A stretch of 64,000 nt of DNA from Octopus sinensis (lineage: Eukaryota). Location: NCBI RefSeq assembly GCF_006345805.1, contig NC_042998.1, forward strand, positions 201,004,001 through 201,068,000, read 5' to 3'. Below are positions 52,098 through 64,000 of the stretch, piece after piece. Under the pieces are notes generated by a model, which saw only the letters and a program-made list of their open reading frames with translations, did no database searches and was not told where the DNA came from. Every line of letters starts with the position of its first letter. The stretch's first letter is position 1. A program made the position numbers and the translations under genes.

Positions 52098-52145
52098 GTA
52101 TTATCATTATTATTATTACTATTATTATTATTTTTATTATTATTA

Positions 52146-52200
<55 letters not shown>
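51830..52200. repeat. Compound (TTG)n-(TTC)n-(ATT)n microsatellite
   Basis: Direct reading. Confidence 0.95.
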
Positions 52201-52201
<1 letters not shown>

Positions 52202-55140
52202 AACATTTCACAGTATACAATATCATGAGGTTGTTGATTGAAGATATTGTGTCTACCGAGGGTTCGTACTATTTGTCAAGTCACAAGGACCTTAGACAGA
52301 CATTAATTTATTTTCAATATGCGTGCAGTTCTAAGTAATGCCGAATTTTGAAATACATCTAGATTCTAGGGTATTTTTAAAGTTTGCAGATTTCTTTTCC
52401 AGATAGGGTTAATTGAACCCAATGCTCCGATAACAAAAGCCATAACATTTACACTTGATTCTCGTAGCTGCCATATTTTGGCGATCTCAATTCTCAGGTC
52501 TCCATATTTATCAATCATTTCTCTTTCTTTTATGATGATATGTTGATCTCCGAACACTGCTACGTCAATTATTAATCACATTTGTTAGTCCCTCCTAAAG
52601 GTTACTATATCCGGCCTTCTTGCCTTCCACTTTTCGCCCATTGCTTTTCCGGTGTATGTTGGTACCAAGCACCCATAACTTCATATCCATAGTTACAGCA
52701 TAGAAGCCAGTGGAGGTTTTGGGCTACCTTGTCGTGTCTGCGCGTGTAATGTTTCTGCGCAAGACTTTCACAAGTACTAACAACGTGAGTCACACTTTCT
52801 ACCTTCTTTCCACGCATTCTGCAGAGGCATGTTGCACTTGTGAGCTATATATTCTTTTTCATTGAGTTGGCATTCAATGCCTGGTCTGGGAAGTGATGAT
52901 TAGACTTTCTGTATTCTTTTCAGGTTACCGTTGTTGAGTCACCTACATGATGCTTCTTGGTCTTTTAATTTGTTGGTTTCACAGTGGAGCTGTCCCTGTA
53001 ATTCCATACGGAGTGGGGTTTCGTCTCTCTCGTTGGCGGTTCTTGATCGGAATTCAGGAGCACTCTCAAGCCAATTTTTGTTAAATCCTTCTGTACTAGC
53101 TGAAAACTCTAGAATTTCTTGTCTACTTTTTACCAAATATTCTATCATTTTTCTTCTTTGCATTTTTGATGCACTCCCGTACGCTAATTCACACTTTTCC
53201 CCCACTTTAAAGTAATCACCACACTTTTCGAGATACCGAATTGCATCTCTATATTTTTGATGCACATTTGCACAGTCTCAAACAGCCTCTGCATTTCAGG
53301 CTCTGATTTTGCAAACAGTTTTAAATCATCCATAAAGAGAAGGTGGTTGAGACGATGTTCATTTTTTTCTCAGCTCGTAGTGCACGTTGATTTTGCGTAG
53401 GACTACAGAAAATAACAGACATGAGCAAGACCCTCCTTGGAAGAGAGCGCTTTTGATTGTTACCTCGGCGAAGTGCTAGTTGTTACAGGAGAGACGTGTT
53501 TTCCAACCAGACATGCTGTTCTAAAACAGTGCATACATGTTCTCAACTATTCCAAACTTGTCTAGTGTTTCCAAAGTTCACTAAAGCGGGAATATGTCGT
53601 AAGCCAGGCCATGCATCAGTTTTTTTGGAAGCGTTTACAGTTCTTCATTATAACCTTGTATATCACAAGGTCGTACTCAGTGCCCTTGGATCTTTTGCGG
53701 CAACACTTTTGTTTTACCGGCAGTATATTGTTTCCCGGTAGGAACGTATACATTTTCCCTGCGAGGGAAGCCGTTAATAATTTCCATAGGAGGTTAAGAC
53801 AAGCAATGGGTCGGTAATTGCCAACCCCATTGCCCCCTGACCGACCTTTCAGTAACAATGTTGTTCTACCCGCTATCATTCACTCCAAAACTTCACTGCT
53901 CTGTAGGCATGTCTAATTGCAACGCAATTCTCAAGTGAATTGACCTAAACCACTTGAGCCAGTAGCCCTGAATTCCGTCTGATCCTGCCACTTTCGAGTT
54001 TGGCAGTTTTGACACCTGTGCAATGACATCTTCCGATGTTATATGCACATGATCCTGTCGTTGAGCCTCCTGATGATGGAGTTCTGATCTCACAGAATGA
54101 ATCCACTCAGCACCGTGTTTTTGGGAAACCTCTTGTCCCCTAGTTGTTATTTCAAAATTGGCAGGTTTCTCCTGCTTCAGGAGGTGTATTATCTTCTGTG
54201 TTTCCTCCTAACCCCTTAAAAATATGCTTCTGGCTATTTGTGTATAACCGGTTTTGTTTTAACTGAGATATGCGATCTGTGTAGTGCTGCACCTTTAATG
54301 TTTTGGCCCGTACTTGTTGTTTTAGGATTTCGGAGACAATTTTGAAACATTTCTTTTCTATTTGCTACTTCGCATCAAGATGTGCCCTTGCATTTTCGTT
54401 TCCATATTCCATTGCCCTTTGGACCACTCCTCTATGCATCTCAGATCTTTAACCAGGGTTAAAATATCACATTTAATTATCCCCTTCCACCATGGCTCCT
54501 TGAGTCCCTTTACTTTCCACTCTTTCTTTCCGACGAGATTACCTACAAAAATTGAAGTGGATCTGATCAAGTCCCCTGTTTCCGCTAGATCTTTTGTCAG
54601 AATGTATTTTAGAATCTCATCAACTTTTGAGTCGCGCATTTCACATTGATACAGTCGAAGCTTCTTAGATTAATGGCCTTGGTATCTTTTCCTGTAATTA
54701 TTGTATCCTCGAGTCTTTTCTTGAGGCATCTGTGTTCTTCAGTCATACCCTCTCCTATTTCAGTGCTTTCTACATTATATTAATTGGCCGACCTCTCCTC
54801 GCTACAATTTCACCTTGGCTATGCATTCGCTGATATTCAGCTGCTTTAATCGCCTCGAGGTTCACACCACTACAGAAGCTTTTACTGATTGTCTGAATCC
54901 GGACCTCATTAAGAAAGCCTCTATTTAGAATTATTCTTATCTGATTCCTAAGTCTATTTCCAGTAATCTGGAATATACTCAGCTGCCTCCAAAATTCTAC
55001 TTTTTCCAACAGCTTTGCGTTTGCCATTGTTATTATCGAGTAAGGCCTTTCCATGGCACTGGACCGCCTTTTGTTTCATATCAACAGACCGCTTGCGTTT
55101 GCGAGCTAGTTGCATATTTTGACCATTACAAAGACTGTCT
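52202..55140 (-). mobile_element. Near-full-length degenerate R4/Dong-clade non-LTR retrotransposon (RT, CCHC, RLE)
   Basis: AGSDGIQGYWLK, NYRPIACLNLLWKLLT, LNHLLFMDDLKLFAK (53351-53307), ESVTHVVSTCESLAQKHYTRRHDKVA, RPDIV...IIDVAV...DKYGDLRIEI...VIGALG; flanked by (TAA)n; many stops and frameshifts. Confidence 0.92.
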
Positions 55141-55145
55141 TGTAA

Positions 55146-55194
<49 letters not shown>

Positions 55195-55741
55195 GAGTGA
55201 GAGAGCAGTGCATGCCATCAAAGAGACACTGGGGTAAATTATACGAAGCCCAGTATACCCATCATGACTATCCGTCTGATAAGGGTACACCAGGCACATG
55301 CATCACAACCATATGTGCGCAACATGGTGATCTTATATGAAGATAAACAGCACATAACCTTGCAGGTGGGGTCCAGTTAGAATTTTCTTCTGGTCGAGTA
55401 ACCCATCCCGCTCAAAAGGTCCTTGAATAAGGGTTGCTTACGGATGTTGAATGAAACACCTATGTTTCCAGAGGTGAATTATTCAAACCCCAAAGAATCC
55501 CCCTCAACACATGGCTATGATGCTCCCCCACTACTTCCGCTCGTGATCAGAGATGCACATATTGTCAGCCATTCAGGGACATGCTCAACTGGTTAAGGTC
55601 AAACAACTGACAAGCAAATCTGTGGTATTGAGCAGAATATTTGCTGTAGCCCATCTTTTATACCAAACAAAACAATGAACATGATAACACTGCCAATCAG
55701 TTAAGATCAGAAGCCATGAGAACCACTGCCTTGTATTGCAT
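55195..55741 (-). mobile_element. ~550-bp non-coding element in (TAA)n, copy 2
   Basis: Homologous to 1984-2530. Confidence 0.75.
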
Positions 55742-55769
55742 ATTATTATTATTATTGCATATTATTATT

Positions 55770-56350
55770 ATTTCCCAGAACCCTGGGAAACGCCAGATTT
55801 GAATGAGATTGGAACAGAAAGGAGGACCGCCAATATATGCTGGTATGGTACGATCTGAAGGAAAGCTGCTGACTCAGGAGATAAGACGTGTTCACAGTTT
55901 TGCATGTCGGAACAGACAACAGAATTGTTGCCGCCTAGAGCAATGACGTAACAGTGATCATTGCAGATAAAAGAAGAGAAGGAAACACAGAGAGAATTAA
56001 ATAAGTTGGTGGAAAACGTTGAAGATGTTGTATGGGAGAGCAATATAGGGACGTTTCACTGAGTGCGATAAGTTTACTTTCTTTGGAATGGAACACGCTA
56101 ATGTATATTTTTACACGTATCGTGTTAGGCAATTCTGGAGTGGGAGAGATTTTTAAACAATGTGGTGTAAATGAAGATCTGCCTGTAATGTTTAAATATA
56201 AAGGTGAATTTTCAAAACTAGAGATTTTGATTTTTAGAAACAGCTGCAGATATCTCAAATGTAAATCTTTTTTGTAAGTGTTGTGGAGCGTATAGGGATG
56301 AAGGAGAGGATTTGGTGGGACTTAGCCAAGGGTACTCAGTGTTGAGCTGA
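55770..56350 (-). pseudogene. Decayed CR1/L2-group LINE fragment(s)
   Basis: EYPWLSPT...LQKRFT (LEY..VWSP...VQRRFT-like) and SGVSQGS (SGVPQGS-like). Confidence 0.45.
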
Positions 56351-56575
56351 TGTAAAACGGAGTGTAAAGCGGGCAGAGAGCTGTAAAGCGGACAGTGGAC
56401 AGCGAAGTGTAAAGCAGACAGCGAAGTGTAAAGCAGACAGCGGAGTGTAAAATGGACAGCGGAGTGTAAAGCGGACAGAGAAGTGTAAAGCGGACAGTGG
56501 AGTGTAAAGCGGACAGCGAGGTGTAAAGCGGAGAGTTGAGTGTAAAGCGGACAGCGGAGTGTAAAGTGGGCATTG
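56350..56575. repeat. 19-bp minisatellite (gtgtaaagcggacagcgga), about 11-12 copies
   Basis: Direct reading. Confidence 0.9.
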
Positions 56576-59500
56576 AAAGGTGAGAACATTCTGCGTGGGG
56601 GTACGGAGGAAAGACGACTCTAGAAGGTTGATTGAGAACCTTTTAGAAAACTAAAAAATGATCGACAGGGAAAAAATAACGGATCGACACCTGACTATCT
56701 GGGTAATACAATGTGAAGGTGGAGACCACACAGACACACACACACACACACATACATATTGCATTTAGTTACAATTTGTATCCTTTTATTGAAAATACTA
56801 GTGTTTTTATTTTCTAAATTTAAACATCATTGAAGGTATCCCAAGGTAAGCTTCTGTTCTCCATATATGATTTTTAGTAATATATACCTATCACAAACTT
56901 TTCATAACCGTTGGTTGTGCATAGTTCATTTTAGATCAGTTTGCCCGAAGCACTCATGAAAATTGTTTAGCTCATATATACTGCTCTCAGATTATAATTC
57001 TTTCTACATACAACGTAAAATCACTCCCTGACGACACAACAAATATTTGAACTAAAGAAAAAAAAACAAAACAAATAACTGTGTTGCAGTAAATCAGTTT
57101 TGCGTTTTGGTGAAACTAGAGACAGACTGAGTAAAAATCACGAACCAATGAGCACCAACACAAGTAGAAGTGGTGAGTGACCAGATAGGAAAGAGAAAAT
57201 ATTACTAGAATGATAACGTAATTCGTGGAAATATAAAATGTGTCTCCATGAACTAATCCAAAATTTACGTAAGAAGGAATTTAATAATATTGGAAGACAA
57301 ATACTGGTTGCTGTACTGGTTTAATGAGTATATACGAGTGAGTCGAAAGAAACATAATAATATTGCACAAAACAGCCATAACAACTCGATTTGACCGCAG
57401 ATGCGTTGGTAAAACCTGAGCAGGTATATTCAGTATGTTGGCAGAGAGAGAAGGCTAAACCAGTACTTCACTGGTTATCATTTCCTTGATACTTTCCTGA
57501 AAGATAAAACATATAGATTGGTCCAAGATTTGAACAAAAACTATATGACAATGGACCCAATATTTTAAGCACTTATTCATGCGCCATCACAACAGTAAAA
57601 TAGCGTGGTAATATTCACAGTGTGCATGGAGTTCTGAAGCGTAAAATAACCAATGTAATATTAACAAGATCGAATTAGCGCTTTTTCTTTTCCATTTTAT
57701 CGAATAAATGCATTTTGATGCAACGAACTACACAGAAATTTGTAGTATAAGTGTATATATGTATATAGCATTCACATAACAATCGACATCATAATTTTAA
57801 CCTTACACAATTGCTTTTACAAGTCTTCATTTATTTCTGTTAATGCTTTTCATGTTGTATGATTGTTAAATGAACCGAATTTGTGATCTATTGAAGTACA
57901 TTGAATAGCATTTTGCTTGTGCCTATATTCAAGTGTACAAGTAGTTTATGATTGATATTTTCTTCCTTATTTCCCCAGTTAAATTGTTATTAGTGTCATA
58001 TTATTTACTTCGTCACGTATATATTTAGAATGTTCTATATATCCTTATATTCTACTGTGATTTATTTATTTACGGTTGCGTTCATATATTTTTAATTCAC
58101 TGCATTTATCTTCGAAGTCACAACTATCATTGCCCTTCACTCTCGTTTTTCTCATTCAAACGCGATAGTTTGGTTGTCATGTTTATTATTATATTACACC
58201 ATTCTTTGAATTCATTTGACATGATATGATTAGCAGCATCAACTCTTTGAATCTTATTTCTATAATCCATCTGATAAATGTTACCCAATGAAACGAACCT
58301 GTCCTATTGTTACAATACAATTACATAGCGGTATTGTCACTAACATTCATATATACATACACCGTCGTATAAGCTTTCATTTCTTTATTAATATGTTTTT
58401 GATATTCATTAGGCAGTATCTTATGTAATCGTATATCCCCATAACTCATGGAAGATGGGATTCAATATAAGTTAAATTATAGAAATAAAACCTTGACATC
58501 ACATCTCACAGTGTGATGAAATTATGTTCCATAGATTTGACATATCAAACCTACAATAATATGCTCAGTTACAGTGAGCAAGAATATCAGTGACAATGTC
58601 AGGCTTATGACGAGGACATAAAACATTTCTCGTAAAATACACTTTTTATATATGACGAAATTAAAGGCAAATACATCATTAGGAGTGTGTTCCTCTATGT
58701 GTGCGTGGGCTTGCACGCTCATGGTGTTATCGTAGCTTTAAAAGCTTTTCTAAAAGGGCGTATAATGATAACTTATGTTATTTCATTCTGCCACATATCA
58801 CTTATCTAAAAACAACAATATAAGTAAAAAGTGAATCATGACAGTAATTTAATATGGAAATAAGTAAGGGTTCCTGGGAATAGATTGAACACGTTAATCT
58901 GGTTGCAGATCAGTTCAATATTTGTTGGATATTGTTCATTCTGAGCACCTATCTTTGAAAGCATAACTGACATAACACACAATGAAGTGAAATAAAAACA
59001 GCCGAAATAAACATGTTTTTTTATAGTGTAACTCACAAATAGTGATAGATGCATCGCATGAGCCTAGGAGATGCTAGAATGTCATTTTGAGTTAATCAAC
59101 TGACCTTTATACATATGACGTTAACGGTTTTTAAAACCACTCGGATTCAGCATTCGTTATGAAACCTCATGTTGTCGTAGTCAACTAGTCGTATACTCTC
59201 TATCATAGTTGTTGTTTTCCTTGTGGATTTACAAGTTGAAAGTTATGCAACTTTTGTTTTACTCTCGAGAAACCCGCGGAACTCATACGCGAGAAGATCT
59301 GGTTTGCTGTACCTACAGTATGAGGAAATTGACGTTTTTCATTATTTAGTGTGCGGTTAGAAGTGCTAGATATTTTCGGTTGTTAACAGTTTACTCTGTT
59401 CAGGTGAAATAAGAAGTAATCAGAATTTAGTTATTAAAATATTTATAGAACGTTAAGCAAAGTACAAAATCATTTATAATTTAAAAGAAATTTCATTCAT

Positions 59501-62189
59501 ATACATTGTATGAATGCTTATTATATTAGAACTTACATCCGTTGAGCAATCGTTTAAATACGTTACCATCTTATTGTGGTGTGTACTATATATTGGAGTG
59601 TGGTTAGAAACTTTAGGTATGCACGCTATATGCAAAACAAAGATACGGCTTTCCCATTATATAATTGTGCATATAGCTATCAAATATACAATCTGTATAG
59701 ATAAAGCCATTTCTGAAATTGCAAAAACGATCTCGAAAGTAGATCTTGAAAGAGTGAAGAATGTGTTAAACATGCGTGACACGTGCGTTGCTAAATTATC
59801 AGAAATGTGATATTTACTGCATGAAGTTTTATGGCTTCAGCGAATATAGATCTGATGAGAAGGAAGAATAAAACCAAGAAGTTATTGGAAAAATCATTAA
59901 TAATAATGCAAATTAACCATGCTCTACATACCGCGGGAAATTTCCGAATAGATTACGTAGGTAAGCGACATATTAGATAAAGTGTATCCCTGGCACGATA
60001 ACAAATTCATAATGTGTATTAAAGCCATGTCTATAAGTAAATTAGCTAATATGTATAGTGAGACTAAGTTGTAGATTAAGATAGTACAGAAAACTAGTCA
60101 ATATATAAGATTTATCAGTAGTAAGCTGTACCCGTTTGCTGGAGAAGTGTATGAATGACAGCGGAACTTGAGAAAGCAATGCATATTACAATTGCAAAGT
60201 TAGGAACTTAGTCTACTGTATAAAGTGCCTAAAGAAGCGATGTAAATAACTTGGCATGGGATATGGTATCATAATAATATATAATACATAATTATGCCAA
60301 ACCTGCTGCAAAGTACAAACTTAAAACCCGAGGCAGCAATGAAGGCTTTACATTGATGTTTGACCGAAAAGAAATAGCAGCCATAATAGATTCTTCCCCT
60401 GCATCTTTGAAAAGAAAGACCGATAGTAGTTTAATCCTAAATACGTGCTGGTATCCAGGAACTCAGCAGTATTGTAATGGCTGGAACACTTTTGATTAGA
60501 GGTCTGCTTCACCATGGTTGACCTTGGAGGGGCTAAATAACAGGGTTTGTATGGAAGTAATTAACGCAGTTGATCTGGAGCTAATTGGCAGTGTTGATAT
60601 CATTCTAATTGAAACTAGCCAATTAAAATGCAAGTTCTGAAACTAATTAAGTGGATAAATATGAAGTTAGCTAACAGAATAGATGTCGAGGTAATAAACA
60701 TGAGTAATACGAACATATCTAACAGTGCAGGTGTGGAGCTAATTGGCAGTGTTGATTAGAGACTTAATTACTAAGGTAGACATAACACTAGTAATTAAGA
60801 TTGATCTTAAATTAATTATGAGGGTTGATAAAGATCTAATTAACAGCAACAAAGAGTACACTGTATCTTGAAAATAAACAGACCTCGTGAGCCAAGGCTA
60901 AAAGATCTTCGTTAACATGTACAGTCGGTGAAATTCTGCATCTTCCTCTGTTACAACAATCTCACACGATGTTCTGCTGATTATTTAATAATTTTCTCCA
61001 AATACGTCCATATAATTAGTCCCAAACCAATTGATGGCTTGTCGTTCTAAACCAAGTTTGACATTAACCTAGATTTGTTTACTGATGTAGTTCAAATCTA
61101 ACTGATGGGCAAGGTTTTGTTTATTAAATTAGGTGAAGCACATCCAATGTTCAGCCCTTTTTATATTTGGTATAAATCAACCAAATAGCGTGGTTTTCTT
61201 TATCAAGTTTATCCATGTCTACTACAAGATCGTGTCTTTCTTTAATGTCTTAATCCACTTCATTTTAATTGTCCGGTAACTGTTTACCAATAAATATTCC
61301 AAATTCTTAGAAAGCCGAGATATTTCCTTAATCCATTGGTTCAATTCCATCTGCTAGACAAGTCTTTGCTTACAATCTAATTATAATTCTAGATGATGGG
61401 CTGGTGTTCATTAAAAATCATAGTTTCAACCTCTCCATACTGACAGAGTGATATTTGTTTAGTTTCAAACTCAAAGCCTATCAGGACAGTAGGTTTTGCA
61501 GTATAATTTTAGTCGAAGATAAATTGTGGATCCTATATTCGAATAGTATTTTGTTTCACACCGTCGATACTTTGACCCATAATTCCCTCTGACACGACCC
61601 ATCAGACACGATCTTAAAATCTCCATTCCTAAAAGTACGAACAGCCTCACCGTTTCCGATGTTATTATCACTGCGGCTGCCGTTTAACTTGAAGTTGTTC
61701 ACATGCAGAACTCCTGGAACAACATCAGTGGTCGATCTATTTCTTCTAGAGGTTCTTAGTTCAAATGCCGTCTGTATCCTTATATCCTTTCGGTTAAATA
61801 AAATAAGCTCCGGGTGAGCACTAGAGTCGATTACAACAACTCATACCTTTCCTTCCCCGAAATTGCTAACCTTGGGTTCAAATTCGATACCAGTTTTAAA
61901 TAATGCCCGAGAAAGGTTGGAGAGATGAATACAGATTTGTAAATGAAGAATACAAAATTGAAATTCCACTGTTGTATGAAATACGGAAGTGCGTTGGTAA
62001 TCGATGAAGAGAAAACACTCTTTAAATGAAATGGCCATTTCCAGAATGAACTTGGGTCAATATTGTTCCGAATAATTTGAATCTAAGGATAAAAAATACC
62101 AAGATGGTGGAAATGGGCACAGTTGCATAAGGGAAATCATAAATGCATTTACTCAGTGCAGGAACTTAAGGGTAATTGAATATAGATAC

Positions 62190-62382
62190 AGTAAATGAAC
62201 ATAAAGTTAGAGAGAGAGAGAGGGGGGCAGACAGAGACAGAGAGTAGCAGCGAGAGTGAGGGACAGAGAGAGAGAGAGAAAGTGGCACAAAATAAGAGAG
62301 AGAGGGACAAAGAGGGACAGAGAGTGGCAGAGAGAGGGATGGGCGACAAACAGAGACAGACAGTGTCAGAGAGAGAGAGAGA

Positions 62383-62413
<31 letters not shown>

Positions 62414-62521
62414 GGACAGAGAGGGACAGAGAGTAGCAGCGAGAGAGGGACAGAGAGAGAGAGAGAGAGAAAGTGGCACAGAGAGAGCGAGAGAGAGGGA
62501 CAGAGAGGGACAGAGAGTGGC

Positions 62522-62558
<37 letters not shown>

Positions 62559-62560
62559 TA
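62190..62560. repeat. GA-rich degenerate tandem repeat
   Basis: (GA)n with recurring gagggaca and aaagtggcaca sub-units. Confidence 0.9.
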
Positions 62561-64000
62561 TTGATGAAATACCCGCAATGAGTGGGATTTGATGAAGATA
62601 TACAGATTATTAATCAGCATTCCGTCTCTCTGGTGCAGAGTAATAGCAAACGGATGAGAGGTGCAAACAAAAATTTTGTAGCATTCGAAAGGTAAGAGAG
62701 TACGTGATGAAGAAAATTCTAGGATAATTCATGTGCAAATCAACAACTTTATACTGCATAACCGAAGAATGCTCCAATAGCGTTAATACTCTTTTGTACA
62801 ACAATATTAGAGCTTTTAGAAACCTACTCGTTCAAAGACGGACGTGTAGTCGTTAGAAACAATTTTATTAATATCTTATATGTCAAAATTTTATGAGAAG
62901 TCGAAAACAATTTAATAACTTGTTTTGGCAGTAAGTTTGACAGAGCATATTGAAGATAAAATACAAAGCTGTTTCAAATTATGTGTAATACTTCTAGTCG
63001 GTCGTATTTTAAAATTATCTTTTCGCTGCCTTATGTCAGGCTGTGGTCATTGTGTACGGATGCAGTTTGGATCTCTTATCTATGGATAACACCTGTGGGG
63101 ATAGTGAGGATGTGTCTTCTCTACAATGCTATGTTTATTTTTCAGAAAATGTTTATGTAATTTCCAGAACTAGAGTAAAAGAAACACAAACTATAGGACA
63201 AATAAGTAATAGATGATGTGTGCTGTGCAAAGTTTTGCAAGAACAATTTATTAGCGGGTATTCTAATACGAAATTGATAATCAAAAAATTAGTTAACATC
63301 GCTAATTGATTTTTATAAGAGACATTAAAAGGTTTTGCTTTCTGTTAATGAATAAGCATCGCATTCTAAGAATTTATGATCAAACGATTATCCCCTCCAT
63401 CGAGGATTACATGTTGGGTCCACATGTGAACATTCAGAAGAATGTAAAACGATGCCAATTACTTCTCTGCATCTTGCTGATCTTTTGTTTTACACTTAGG
63501 TGGATAAATAATAACTGGACAGCTATCTATATTTGTAAAGTATCACTTATCCAGAGGAACTGTACGTATGAGGTTCAGGTGGATAGTTAATGGTGTAATC
63601 TATGGTTGACTAATGTAGAGTTTCAAGATTATGGCACAGTTTGTTGTGACCAGATTTTCCATTGTACGCAACTTTCCAAAATAATGTTCAACAGGTGTGT
63701 AGAAACAAGTCATTTACTATTACGTTTATTATATTCCAGTTATCAGTAACTGAATATTAATTATAACAACGATTTCAAATCATTCACTCAGGTACATCTT
63801 CAAATTCAAGACATGTGAGACATAATATTTTCTTTCATACTAAAGCACCTCCAGTGCTTCATCCGATAGAATTCTCAGATTAAGATAAATAGTGCTAAGT
63901 ATTTTTATTCTCACGTAATATATATATGTATGTGTATGTGTTTTTGTACATGTATATATATAATATATATATATTATATATATATATATATATATAAATA

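Noticed and set aside
58265-58310. ctgataa...gaaacgaacctgtc HHR-like motif
   Set aside because: G8 is lost and the stems do not pair.
63300-63700. PVEHYFGKLR resembling a P-element/THAP9 transposase motif
   Set aside because: A single short motif among stops, with no supporting domains or TIRs.

Overview
AT-rich, microsatellite-dense eukaryotic DNA with no recognisable intact host gene. The SINE families and (TA)n/(CA)n/(ATT)n content suggest an octopus (cephalopod) genome; this is an inference. The window is a mosaic of tRNA-derived SINEs, R4/Dong, CR1/L2 and probably L1/Tx1 non-LTR relics, a decayed autonomous Helitron with four non-autonomous Helitrons, MITEs and a tRNA-Asp pseudogene. 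Main result: at least six unrelated-looking repeat families carry type I hammerhead ribozyme (HHR) motifs (CUGANGA, stem II, GAAA, self-complementary stem III, NUH, stem I) of the kind known from Penelope-like elements (PLEs) and retrozymes. Six loci are head-to-head foldback elements, most next to (TA)n tracts. One locus (49256-50053) is a perfect 476-bp-period direct repeat with two canonical HHRs that would excise a 476-nt non-coding monomer, a candidate circular-RNA retrozyme. A decayed PLE GIY-YIG ORF relic lies at about 5250-5920. All structures and translations were derived by hand; no folding, alignment or database search was run.
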